Shown piece by piece: positions 1 to 8,829 of a stretch of 41,268 bases of DNA. Source of the DNA: Holophagae bacterium (GTDB taxonomy: Bacteria > Acidobacteriota > Thermoanaerobaculia > Thermoanaerobaculales > Sulfomarinibacteraceae); assembly GCA_030618605.1 (NCBI GenBank), contig JAUXDC010000002.1:1-41268 (forward strand), written 5' to 3'. The position numbers and the translations under genes are program-made. The first letter of the stretch is position 1. Each line of letters starts with the position of its first letter. The notes under the pieces were generated by a model. It was not told where the DNA came from, made no database searches, and saw only the letters and a list, made by a program, of their open reading frames with translations.

Positions 1-1107
1 GAGAGTCTTCAGAAAACACCCCTTTACGATGAACACCTTGCCGCCGGAGGGCGGATGGTCCCCTTTGCCGGGTACTCGCTTCCGGTGCAATACACCTCGT
101 TGGCGGAGGAACACACGGCGGTCCGAACCAAGGCCGGTCTGTTCGACGTCTCCCACATGGGAGAGGTGTTCATCACCGGCCCAAAAGCATTCGATTTCGT
201 GCAGAACCTCTCGTGCAACGATCACTCGAAGCTGGCCGTCGGCCGGGCACAATACACCGGGCTGATGTACCCGCAAGGCACCTTCGTCGATGACATGTTG
301 GTGCACCGTATGAACGAGAGTGAATTTCTGCTGGTGGTCAATGCGGCCAACCGGCACAAGGACGTCGCCTACCTTCAGGACCTCGCAGAGGGCGCTGACG
401 GAGTCGTCGTCGAGGACCGTTCCGACCGGTGGGCCCAAATGGCTGTTCAGGGCCCGATCGCGATCGAGATTGTTCAGGCACTGACATCAACGGACCTGTC
501 CGGTATCCGCTACTACCGCTTCGTTTGGGGTGAGGTCGCCGGTCGGCGAGCTCTGATCGCCCGCACCGGTTATACCGGCGAGGACGGTTTTGAACTCTAC
601 ACCGCCCCAGAGGATGCTCCAACTGTATGGCAAGCTCTCCTGAAGGAGGGTGGTCCCAAGGGTCTGATACCCGCCGGTCTCGGCGCCCGCGACACGCTGC
701 GCTTTGAAGCGGGAATGTGCCTCTATGGTCACGAGATCGATGCCGAAACAACACCGCTGGAGGCGGGTCTGGGATGGATCGTAAAACTGGCCAAGGAAGA
801 TTTCATCGGGCGGGACATCCTTGAAGCCCAGATCGAGAACGGCACCGGCCGCCGGCTTGTCGGTTTCGAGATGATCGACCGGGGCATTGCACGACATGAT
901 CACGAGGTCTTCCTGGGTGAGACCGACGAAGATTCCGTCGGTTCGGTGACATCGGGTACACAATCACCAACCTTCGGCAAGGCCCTGGGCATGGCCTATC
1001 TGCCCACAGATCACACCGATATCGGCTCGGAATTTTTCATCCAGATTCGAAACCGGCGACTGCGCGCCCGAGTCATCAAATTACCCTTCTACTCACGGAA
1101 GAAATAG
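1..1107 (+). CDS. gcvT: Glycine cleavage system T protein (aminomethyltransferase), 5'-partial; the frame is open from nt 1
   Basis: Frame 1 translates from nt 1 as ESLQKTPLYDEHLAAGGRMVPFAGY..., a typical GcvT N-terminus, so the listed ORF 55..1107 starts at an internal Met. Family motifs LFDVSHMGE, ARTGYTGEDGFE and GARDTLRFEAGMCLYGHE are present. It is followed by gcvH-gcvPA-gcvPB. Confidence 0.95.
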   Translation, partial: ESLQKTPLYDEHLAAGGRMVPFAGYSLPVQYTSLAEEHTAVRTKAGLFDVSHMGEVFITGPKAFDFVQNLSCNDHSKLAVGRAQYTGLMYPQGTFVDDMLVHRMNESEFLLVVNAANRHKDVAYLQDLAEGADGVVVEDRSDRWAQMAVQGPIAIEIVQALTSTDLSGIRYYRFVWGEVAGRRALIARTGYTGEDGFELYTAPEDAPTVWQALLKEGGPKGLIPAGLGARDTLRFEAGMCLYGHEIDAETTPLEAGLGWIVKLAKEDFIGRDILEAQIENGTGRRLVGFEMIDRGIARHDHEVFLGETDEDSVGSVTSGTQSPTFGKALGMAYLPTDHTDIGSEFFIQIRNRRLRARVIKLPFYSRKK

Positions 1108-1145
1108 ACAGGGACAGCCCAGGCGGCTGATCACAAGGAGGCACC

Positions 1146-1529
1146 ATGTCCATTCCCCAAGACCTGCTCTACACCAAGAGCCACGAGTGGGTACGCGTCG
1201 AAGGCGACAGCGTAGTCATCGGCATCACTCACTATGCACAAGACCAGCTGGGCGAAGTGGTTTTCGTAGAACTCCCGGTCGTCGGCAATGCCGTCGAAGC
1301 CGGCGAGGAGATGGGAACCCTGGAATCTGTCAAGGCGGTTTCCGAAATGCTCGCACCCCTTTCGGGTGAGGTCGTCGAGGCCAACGAAGCCCTTGAGGAC
1401 AGCCCCGACCTAGTCAACCAGTCACCCTTCGACGAAGGCTGGCTGGTCAAAATCAAAGGGTCGATTGAAGGCATGGACCTGTTGGACCCTCAAAGCTACG
1501 CAGCACTGCTTGAGGCGGAGCAACACTGA
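1146..1529 (+). CDS. gcvH: Glycine cleavage system H protein (lipoyl carrier)
   Basis: 127 aa with SHEWVR...GITHYAQDQLGEVVFVELP and the lipoyl-lysine motif GTLESVKAVSE. AAGGAGG at 1135-1141 lies just upstream of the ATG. Confidence 0.95.
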   Translation: MSIPQDLLYTKSHEWVRVEGDSVVIGITHYAQDQLGEVVFVELPVVGNAVEAGEEMGTLESVKAVSEMLAPLSGEVVEANEALEDSPDLVNQSPFDEGWLVKIKGSIEGMDLLDPQSYAALLEAEQH

Positions 1530-2887
1530 TGCACCCGTGGATCGGCGCCGGTTCTGAGGATCGACAGGATCTTCTGCATGAGTTGGGCCTCGAGACGATC
1601 GATCAACTGTTCGCGCGCCTCCCGGAGAGCGTCTGCATTGACCACCTTGATCTTCCGCCGGCCCAGGACGAAATATCCCTTCGAAGAGCGTTCTTTGATC
1701 TGGGACTGAACACAACAACTGCGGCCAGGGAACCCAGCTTTTTTGGTGCGGGTGTTTATAACCACATCCGTCCCGCGGCCGTCGATGCCGTCCTTTCGCG
1801 CGCCGAGTTTTTCACCTCCTACACCCCCTACCAGCCCGAGATTTCCCAGGGCACGCTCCAGGCCCTGTTCGAATTCCAAACGCTGATGACACGCCTGACC
1901 TGCATGGAAGTCTCCAACGCCTCCCTCTACGACGGGGCGACCGCAGTGGTCGAAGCCGTACTCTTTGCCTTCCGGGTCCTGCGATTAAAAAGACCAAGAG
2001 TCGTCATCGCCGACACCGTGCACCCGATCTATCGATCAGTTCTGGACACCTACGCCGACCCCACCGGACTGGAGATCGTCACCGTGCCCGCCGGACCGGA
2101 TGGACGGTTGGACATCGAGGCTCTCGAGGCAGCCATCACCGACGATACCTGCTGTGTAGCCGTACAATCTCCCAATTTCCTCGGCGTTGTCGAAGACCTC
2201 CCGGTGGTCGCTCAGGCTGCCCATAGGGTCGGCGCCCTTGCGGTTCATGTCGTTACCGAGGCCCTGTCGATGGCACTCCTCAGGGCGGGCGGGCATTTCG
2301 CCTTCGACGTCGTCTGCGGTGAGGCCCAGTCTTTCGGCGTGGCGCCCGGATACGGCGGTCCTCATCTCGGTTTCTTCACCTGCAAGGAGAAGACCATCCG
2401 GCAGATGCCCGGCCGTCTGTGTGGCGAAACCGTCGACAGTGAGGGTAACCGAGCCTTCTGCCTGACTCTCTCAACCCGGGAACAGCACATTCGGCGCGCC
2501 AAGGCGACCTCCAACATCTGCACAAACCAGGGTTTGATGGCACTGGCCGCCACCGTGTGGTTGGAAGCCATCGGAGGCTCAGGACTGAGGCGTCTGGCAG
2601 AAGACAACCTCAGCCGCGCTCACGACCTGGCCCGCCGACTGGTTGACGAAGACACCGGTTGGCGGCTCGCCTTCCCCGATTCTCCCTTCTTCAACGAATT
2701 CCTGATCCAAGGGCCGATCGGCGGGACGGAAATCGCCCGCAAAGCCGCAGAGGCCGGCATTTTGGCCGGTATTCCCGTCGCACGCTGGAGCACCAGATGG
2801 CCGGACGGCCTGCTGATCGCCGTGACCGAACAAAACTCCAGCGCCGACCTCGATGCCCTGATTGAGACCCTGAGGGTTGCATCATGA
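1529..2887 (+). CDS. gcvPA: Glycine dehydrogenase (decarboxylating) subunit 1 (split P protein, N-terminal half)
   Basis: 452 aa. The ATG overlaps the gcvH stop (TGATG). Motifs FFGAGVYNH, SYTPYQPEISQGTLQALFEFQT and ATSNICTNQGL are present, and the operon context fits. Confidence 0.93.
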   Translation: MHPWIGAGSEDRQDLLHELGLETIDQLFARLPESVCIDHLDLPPAQDEISLRRAFFDLGLNTTTAAREPSFFGAGVYNHIRPAAVDAVLSRAEFFTSYTPYQPEISQGTLQALFEFQTLMTRLTCMEVSNASLYDGATAVVEAVLFAFRVLRLKRPRVVIADTVHPIYRSVLDTYADPTGLEIVTVPAGPDGRLDIEALEAAITDDTCCVAVQSPNFLGVVEDLPVVAQAAHRVGALAVHVVTEALSMALLRAGGHFAFDVVCGEAQSFGVAPGYGGPHLGFFTCKEKTIRQMPGRLCGETVDSEGNRAFCLTLSTREQHIRRAKATSNICTNQGLMALAATVWLEAIGGSGLRRLAEDNLSRAHDLARRLVDEDTGWRLAFPDSPFFNEFLIQGPIGGTEIARKAAEAGILAGIPVARWSTRWPDGLLIAVTEQNSSADLDALIETLRVAS

Positions 2888-4359
2888 AACGCCGAGCGCA
2901 CCGAGATGAACCGCTGTTTTTCGAACGCAACCCCAAGCGGCGAGGCCGGCAGGGAATCCTCCTACCGACATTCGACGGGCCTTCGACCCAACCGGCTTCC
3001 GTCCTGCCGGCAGAGGTCCTGCTGGACGACCGACCACTCTGGCCCGACATCAGCGAAATGGACCTCGTCACCCACTTCCACCGCCTGAGCCAACTCAACT
3101 ACGCGGTGGATGAGGGGCTCTACCCTCTTGGCTCGTGCACGATGAAGTACAACCCCCGCATCAACGAGGCCGTTGCCGGACTTTCCGCCTTCAACGCTGC
3201 CCACCCCCTGCAGCCCGATCATCAAGTCCAGGGCGTCCTGGAGGTGATGTGGGAACTCGAAGAGACCCTGAAGACCATCACCGGCATGCCCGGCGTCACC
3301 CTGCAGCCGGCGGCCGGCGCCCACGGAGAACTGGCCGGCATCCTGATGATCCGCAAGGCCCTGGAGGCCAGGGGCGAAAGCCGGGAAATCATCCTGGTTC
3401 CCGACTCCGCCCACGGCACCAATCCCGCTACTGCCGCCTTCGCCGGGTTCCGCGCCGTCGAAATCCCATCAGGGCCGGACGGCACCGTCGACTTGCAAGC
3501 CCTTGATACGGCCATGAATGAGAATGTCGCCGCCGTCATGCTGACCGTGCCCAATACCCTCGGCGTCTTCGAACACCGCATCGTTGAGATTGCCGAATTG
3601 GTGCACTCTCGAGGCGGCTTCGTCTACATGGACGGCGCAAACCTCAATGCCTTCGTCGGACGCGCCCTGCCCGGCCTGATGGGCGCAGATGCCATGCACA
3701 TCAATCTGCACAAGACCTTCTCGACACCACATGGCGGTGGTGGTCCCGGCGCCGGACCCGTGACGGTCTCCGAAGCACTGCTCCCCTACCTGCCGGTGCC
3801 TCGGGTCGTCAAGACAGACGACGGTTTCTCAATGCTGTGGTCCGGTGAGAACTCCATCGGCTCGCTGCGCGGCTTTTCAGGGTCCTTCCTGATCCTGCTC
3901 AGGGCCCTTGTCTACATGCGGGGCATGGGGGGCGACGGCCTGCGAGAGATGTCGGAAACCGGCGTGCTCTTCGCCAACATCATCAGGAAACGACTCGAAG
4001 GCGCCTATCATCTTCAATACGACACACCGACGATGCACGAGGTTGTTTTCGACGACTCAGAGCAGGTCAAAAACGGCGTTCACAACACCGACATTGCCAA
4101 GAGACTCCTGGACTACGGCTTCCATCCGCCGACCATGAGCTTCCCCCTGGTCGTGCACGGCGCCTTGATGATCGAACCCACCGAAAGTTTTGGCCCGGAG
4201 GAGATCGACGCCTTCTGCGAAGCCATGCTGGCCATCGCCAAGGAGGCCGAGGAGACACCGGATTTGGTGCGTGCGGCGCCCCACGAAACCCCGGTCAAAC
4301 GCATCGACGAGGTCCGGGCTGCCCGAAATTTGAAGGTGCGATTTGTAGACGAAGCCTGA
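2884..4359 (+). CDS. gcvPB: Glycine dehydrogenase (decarboxylating) subunit 2 (split P protein, PLP-binding half)
   Basis: 491 aa with a 4-nt overlap with gcvPA. The PLP-lysine region is HINLHKTFSTPHGGGGPG. GSCTMKYNP and IEPTES motifs are present. Confidence 0.93.
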   Translation: MKRRAHRDEPLFFERNPKRRGRQGILLPTFDGPSTQPASVLPAEVLLDDRPLWPDISEMDLVTHFHRLSQLNYAVDEGLYPLGSCTMKYNPRINEAVAGLSAFNAAHPLQPDHQVQGVLEVMWELEETLKTITGMPGVTLQPAAGAHGELAGILMIRKALEARGESREIILVPDSAHGTNPATAAFAGFRAVEIPSGPDGTVDLQALDTAMNENVAAVMLTVPNTLGVFEHRIVEIAELVHSRGGFVYMDGANLNAFVGRALPGLMGADAMHINLHKTFSTPHGGGGPGAGPVTVSEALLPYLPVPRVVKTDDGFSMLWSGENSIGSLRGFSGSFLILLRALVYMRGMGGDGLREMSETGVLFANIIRKRLEGAYHLQYDTPTMHEVVFDDSEQVKNGVHNTDIAKRLLDYGFHPPTMSFPLVVHGALMIEPTESFGPEEIDAFCEAMLAIAKEAEETPDLVRAAPHETPVKRIDEVRAARNLKVRFVDEA

Positions 4360-4363
4360 CCAG

Positions 4364-4384
4364 GCAATTCGTTTGACGAATTGC
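4364..4384. terminator. Perfect 9-bp hairpin (GCAATTCGT-ttg-ACGAATTGC) between the convergent stops of gcvPB (4359) and the secreted-protein gene (4389)
   Basis: The inverted repeat was read directly. It lies in a 29-nt convergent gap. There is no clear U-tract on either side. Confidence 0.55.
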
Positions 4385-4388
4385 TTGC

Positions 4389-5663
4389 CTACCAGGCCGT
4401 GGTGTCCCCACTCTCGAAGCCATCGGAAAAGATGAGGGACGTCCCGGCGCTCGGCGCCAGAACTGCTTCTTCAATAAATGACGGCGATCCTGGACGGAAG
4501 AGGCCAATCTGTGCGCCTCCGCTCTGGGGTGAGGCGTCTGCGTCAAACCAGAAGTTGTACATCGTGCCCCACCTGAGGGCATTTGCATTCTCGTCGGTGA
4601 AGAAGTCGTCGGTCGACCAAATGACCCGGCCTGCCCCGTTATCGACCGTGATCGTCCAATTCGTCGGATCGTAGGGCTCTCCCGAATGCGAGTCGACATC
4701 GTGAAACCCGGCATTGGTAATGACGGTATCCGCCGCGATCGGAACGGCGAATGACCCCGCACTGCGGTGAGAATTGAGGTTGAACAGGGCGTATTCGTAT
4801 CGCCAGGTTCCGTTTCCGTTGTCCGAGGCCTTGTACGCAAGGTAGAACACGCCCTCACCGCCCACCTCGACCTGTCGAACGGTCACATTTGGATCGACGG
4901 TATTCCAGGCGAAGATCGCAGGCATCCCCTCTATTGTCGAGTCCAAGGGAATCAGTTCGAGGTTCGCTGCCACACTGACCTCGCGGTAGGACGCGTTGTT
5001 AATGCTGTTACCGGCGCCCGCGTCATCTTGGGTTACGTACTGACCTTCGACAAAATAGACCGCCCCTGCATTGGAAGCAGGTGTCACATCGGCAGTGTCC
5101 ACAAGGAGCCGTCCGCTGAGAGTCGTATAGCTGCCACCGTCCGGCTCCGAATGCGGCATGGGATATTCACCGGTGAAAGCGTTGACCTCAGACCGCGGTC
5201 CAAGGCGACTCTGACTGCCGTTGAGCGATGCCCAGTAGGGATCCGAACAACCGACACCCAGTTGCGCTCCACCATTTGGGGGGCTGATGCATGTGTCACA
5301 GGCGTTGCCGTTGATCGACACAAAACCATGTTTGAGCCAGCTCTGCCCCAATTGCTCCAAGCGCCCATCCTTGAGGCGGTAGAGGTTTTGCGCAATGACC
5401 GGGTGTTCATTGTTGCTGCTGATCCATGCGACCGGGTCGTCCCCCCGATTGCAACTCTCCGTGCCGACCGAATAGGCTGAAGTGTCACCGGATGCACCCC
5501 ACCGGTAGGTGTCGAACAGATCAAACACAACAACGTCAGGACCAATAGCCCCCTCGACGTTCGTGGCATCCTCGGCAACTCCCTGGCCGGCGCAAACCAG
5601 GATCAGAGCCACTCCACAGAAGCCCCTGAAAAAGATACCCCGCACACCTTGTTTCGTCGTCAT
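4389..5663 (-). CDS. Secreted protein of unknown function with C-terminal tail ...LIFSDGFESGDTTAW
   Basis: The ORF track gives 4389..5687. GGAGG lies 9 nt before the third Met (nt 5663), giving MTTKQGVRGIFFRGFCGVALILVCAGQGVA|ED, a classical Sec signal peptide. It is Cys-containing and beta-rich, and I recognise no named family. It is the last gene of a 3-gene minus-strand operon. Confidence 0.8.
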   Translation of the reverse strand: MTTKQGVRGIFFRGFCGVALILVCAGQGVAEDATNVEGAIGPDVVVFDLFDTYRWGASGDTSAYSVGTESCNRGDDPVAWISSNNEHPVIAQNLYRLKDGRLEQLGQSWLKHGFVSINGNACDTCISPPNGGAQLGVGCSDPYWASLNGSQSRLGPRSEVNAFTGEYPMPHSEPDGGSYTTLSGRLLVDTADVTPASNAGAVYFVEGQYVTQDDAGAGNSINNASYREVSVAANLELIPLDSTIEGMPAIFAWNTVDPNVTVRQVEVGGEGVFYLAYKASDNGNGTWRYEYALFNLNSHRSAGSFAVPIAADTVITNAGFHDVDSHSGEPYDPTNWTITVDNGAGRVIWSTDDFFTDENANALRWGTMYNFWFDADASPQSGGAQIGLFRPGSPSFIEEAVLAPSAGTSLIFSDGFESGDTTAW

Positions 5664-5727
5664 CAACATCCGCCTCCACTTGAACATTTACTCAATTCTG
5701 CAATGTTCAACACCGCGACCGCCGGCT

Positions 5728-7473
5728 TCATTCCACCAGCACCGTGACCACCGATAGTCCGGCGAGATTCTCCCGGGCCTCGACGTGCTCCGGGTTGATC
5801 TCGAGAGCCTTTTTAAACGCGCCCTTCGCCTGATCTACATCCCCCTCCATCGCGCAAGCAACACCGAAGTTGTAATGGAGATCCGCATTCCCCGGGTGAC
5901 GAAGCAGTCCCCGCCGGAAGACCTCTCGAGCTCTGGAAACATCACCGACCGAACCTAAAAGCGAACCCAGGCTGATGAAGCCCTCCGACACCGCAGGGTC
6001 GAGCTCGACCGAACGGGCGAAGGCCATCACTGCTTCTCGAGGCCTCCCGACTCCGACCAACACTCGTCCGTGCAGCAGATGGACCTCGGAGGCCTTCGGC
6101 TGCACCTTGAGCGCCTGTTCGACTGATGCCAGCGCCACACCCGGCCGACCTTGAAGGAACGCAAACCATCCTGCTTTGAAATGGGACGTAGGATTGGAGA
6201 CCAGACTCCAATGCTGCCCCCACTCGGTGTGATCACTACCCCGTTCAACCAGTTCGGTCTCCTCCCGGGCGTCGAGGGTCCTCCAACCAAGATCCAGAGC
6301 CGCAGCGCGGAACCTAGCGGTCTCGGCGAAGACCATCTCACTCCTGACCTCGTGAAATCGGACCAGAGCACTGTGAACCCAGAGCCCCGCCGCCACCACC
6401 ATCACGAAAGCGAAAACCCAACCGGCTGAAGTCACGCGCCCATCTCGTTTGATCCGAGCGCCGCCGAACCTCAAATTTCGACGACCCGCCAACCGAATCG
6501 AGGTCAGGCTGAGGAATGCCAGGATTCCGCTCAGGCCCAGCGCCAAGAGAAAAGGAATCCGACCATAGAGGCCCCGAAAGGTAGCAAAGGCAAGTACGAA
6601 TGCTGAAGCCAGAAGAACTTCCTCAACCCAACTGACATTCCAGGGCCGACCCGCCGGTGGTCCCTCCACGCGAACCTTCGCTCCAAGCGCCGGCCGGCCC
6701 AGACCTAAAAACAGGGCATCATTGGGACAGGCCGCTACACAATCCATGCATTTCATGCATCCGGAGTCCCGGACCATCTGAAAGTCCCTGACTTCCTCGT
6801 GCACCCGGACATTGGAGGTACACGCGGCGGTGCATCGGGCACATTGGTTGCAGTCGTCGTTGACACGGACCCTCAAGGGCGCCAACCGGTCCGCCGCCCC
6901 GAAGAGCGCGCCATAGGGGCAGGCGTAAGTGCAAAAGCCCTTGGCGCCCAGGACGTACACGATGGCGAAACCGCAGACGGCAATGGTCAAGCCACCTACA
7001 ATCATCCCCGGCATCGAAGCCCAGAGGTTTGAGGTCGTCAAGGCCGTTGTCACCCGCGGGAAGACCCGTCCAACGCCCAGTCGATAGACGAAAGGCCACA
7101 CAAACATGTAGAAGAAGGCGATGACCGGAACCCACCTGAGAAGCCGAGAACGCAACGGCTTTGGGGTGATCCCAACCTTGATCAGCAACCACCGGCAAAG
7201 ATCCTGCATCGCGATGATGTGGCATCCCCAGCCGCAGAAAAAACGGCCGAACACTGCGGTGATCAGTGCCGCCCCCACCAGCAGGATCAGCCCAAGGTTG
7301 ACGACACCGTGTTTCGAGAACTCCATCGCCTCCGACGGCTCGAGACCGGCGATCGTTTTCCCCGAACTGAGCCAATGTGCGATATGAGCCAGGATAAGGA
7401 CGTGGACTCCGACCAGCACACCCGTGCGCCACCTCGAAGGTCTTTTCACGCGGAACTGGGGCGACCTTACCAC
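5728..7473 (-). CDS. Integral-membrane polyferredoxin (NapH/CcoG-like, 2x[4Fe-4S] motifs) with C-terminal TPR domain
   Basis: 581 aa with a GTG start. It has the motifs FFCGWGCH and CTYACPYG plus two ferredoxin motifs, CNQCARCTAAC and CMKCMDCVAACP. About 7 hydrophobic helices are present. The C-terminal ~170 aa are TPR-like (…ADLHYNFGVACAMEGDVDQAKGAFKKALEINPEH…). Confidence 0.85.
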   Translation of the reverse strand: MVRSPQFRVKRPSRWRTGVLVGVHVLILAHIAHWLSSGKTIAGLEPSEAMEFSKHGVVNLGLILLVGAALITAVFGRFFCGWGCHIIAMQDLCRWLLIKVGITPKPLRSRLLRWVPVIAFFYMFVWPFVYRLGVGRVFPRVTTALTTSNLWASMPGMIVGGLTIAVCGFAIVYVLGAKGFCTYACPYGALFGAADRLAPLRVRVNDDCNQCARCTAACTSNVRVHEEVRDFQMVRDSGCMKCMDCVAACPNDALFLGLGRPALGAKVRVEGPPAGRPWNVSWVEEVLLASAFVLAFATFRGLYGRIPFLLALGLSGILAFLSLTSIRLAGRRNLRFGGARIKRDGRVTSAGWVFAFVMVVAAGLWVHSALVRFHEVRSEMVFAETARFRAAALDLGWRTLDAREETELVERGSDHTEWGQHWSLVSNPTSHFKAGWFAFLQGRPGVALASVEQALKVQPKASEVHLLHGRVLVGVGRPREAVMAFARSVELDPAVSEGFISLGSLLGSVGDVSRAREVFRRGLLRHPGNADLHYNFGVACAMEGDVDQAKGAFKKALEINPEHVEARENLAGLSVVTVLVE

Positions 7474-8711
7474 CCCGATGTATTGCCGGACTCAAAGCCG
7501 TCAACGAAGATTGTCGAGGGACTTTCGAAGCGGGACACCGTGCCGCCAAACAGATCGGCCACGTAGACTTCTCCGTCCTCGTCCTCACCAAAAGAACTGA
7601 TGCCGAGGTTGGTGTCCGCCCATAAGACCGACGACCAGACGGCCCCAGGAGTCGCAAACCAGATCTCGCCGGTGCAGTATTCACCGTAAATGTACGTGCC
7701 GTCCAAACCGGCGATGCCGTGACCCCGATAGGCGTAGCCGCCGGTGACCGAGCACCGCCCGTTCAGGTGTTGGTACTCCAGAATCGGATCGACATAGGAA
7801 CCGGAACACCCGGCCGTGTTGTATTCGTGAGTTCCCTCGTAGCACCGCCAGCCGTAGTTCTCACCGCCTGGGCTTGAGGCCGGCTGGTGATCAATTTCTT
7901 CCCACATGTTTTGCCCAACGTCTCCGATGAACAGTTCCCCAGTACGACGGTCGAAACTGAAGCGCCACGGGTTGCGCATGCCGTAGGCCCAGATCTCGTC
8001 ACATGCGCTGCCGTCCCCGATGAAAGGGTTGTCTGAGGGAATCGAATAGTTGGCCTCGAGCCCGCACCCGGTGATCACTCCACGGCCCTTTCGGGTCGCG
8101 CCGTCAACGTCGATGCGCAACATCTTGCCCAGCAACTGCGTACGATCCTGGGCCCGGTTATTCGGGTCGCCGCCCGAGCCCCCATCTCCCATTCCGATGT
8201 AAAGGTAGCCATCCGGGCCGAAATGAATGTCCCCGCCGTTGTGGTTGGAAAAATCCTGGTCGATCTCCAGGATCACGGTTTCCGCCAAATCAGCGATGTC
8301 GGAATTACCGGCAGAAACACTGTAACGGGCGATCCGGGTGCGATCGTCGACACCGCTGGTTGCATCGAAATCATAGGTGTAATTGACGTAGAAAAACCCG
8401 TTGTTCGAATAGTCGGGATGAAACGCCAATCCCAACAGGCCACGTTCTCCACCGCTGAGGACAGCCGAGCTGATATTGAGAAACGGCGTCGGCAACATCG
8501 CGGAACCATCCCAGATTCGAATGACCCCCCCCTGCTCGACGATGAACAGGCGACCGCTGGCGTCACCGGCATGGCGAACGGCCACCGGCGAACTCAATCC
8601 GGAAATCAAGGGCGTCAGGACCAAATCGTCCGGGGGCACTGCCCCTACCGGTCCCGCACAACCAAGAAGAACCACAAGAAAAGATCCGACTGGAAATAGA
8701 CAACGCCACAT
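7467..8711 (-). CDS. PQQ-dependent sugar (glucose/sorbosone) dehydrogenase-family beta-propeller, secreted or lipoprotein; C-terminal tail ...TIFVDGFESGNTSGW
   Basis: Family motifs ERGLLGLAFHPDY, NHNGGDIHFGPDGYLYIGMGDGG, LLGKMLRIDV, AYGMRNPWRFSFD, IGDVGQNMWEEID and ENYGWR are present. The start is chosen at Met41 of the listed ORF (nt 8711): GGAG lies 6 nt upstream and it gives the signal peptide MWRCLFPVGSFLVVLLGCAG with a possible LLGC lipobox. The 7-nt overlap with the downstream polyferredoxin gene implies coupling. Confidence 0.88.
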   Translation of the reverse strand: MWRCLFPVGSFLVVLLGCAGPVGAVPPDDLVLTPLISGLSSPVAVRHAGDASGRLFIVEQGGVIRIWDGSAMLPTPFLNISSAVLSGGERGLLGLAFHPDYSNNGFFYVNYTYDFDATSGVDDRTRIARYSVSAGNSDIADLAETVILEIDQDFSNHNGGDIHFGPDGYLYIGMGDGGSGGDPNNRAQDRTQLLGKMLRIDVDGATRKGRGVITGCGLEANYSIPSDNPFIGDGSACDEIWAYGMRNPWRFSFDRRTGELFIGDVGQNMWEEIDHQPASSPGGENYGWRCYEGTHEYNTAGCSGSYVDPILEYQHLNGRCSVTGGYAYRGHGIAGLDGTYIYGEYCTGEIWFATPGAVWSSVLWADTNLGISSFGEDEDGEVYVADLFGGTVSRFESPSTIFVDGFESGNTSGW

Positions 8712-8793
8712 CACTGACTCCAAGGCAAAGAATTTTCGACATTCTATCACTCTCTCAAGTACGCAAATGACACCGGCCATCAAGAAATCCGCC

Positions 8794-8821
8794 TTCATCC
8801 TTCCTCCTTCCTCCTGTATCC
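8794..8821 (+). repeat. Degenerate heptamer tandem tract TTCATCC TTCCTCC TTCCTCC TGTATCC
   Basis: Read directly. It lies in the divergent intergenic region and ends 8 nt before the cysteine desulfurase ATG. It belongs to the same family as the tracts at 21617, 23221 and 24460. Confidence 0.8.
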
Positions 8822-8829
8822 TGCCCTGC

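Noticed and set aside
6719-7684. 321-aa minus-strand ORF; similar alternate-frame or antisense ORFs occur at 9185..10036(+), 19372..20055(+), 22239..22958(+), 15944..16837(+) and 39299..40117(-)
   Set aside because: All overlap genes with strong family motifs in another frame, and they have Arg/Pro/Gly-dominated, motif-free translations.
8476-8829. Upstream 118-codon extension of the cysteine desulfurase ORF, and the 40-codon extension (8712..8831) of the PQQ-dehydrogenase ORF
   Set aside because: The two extensions overlap each other on opposite strands and are compositionally non-coding. The family N-termini (MTETIYLDNNATT; signal peptide MWRCLF...) start at the internal Mets.
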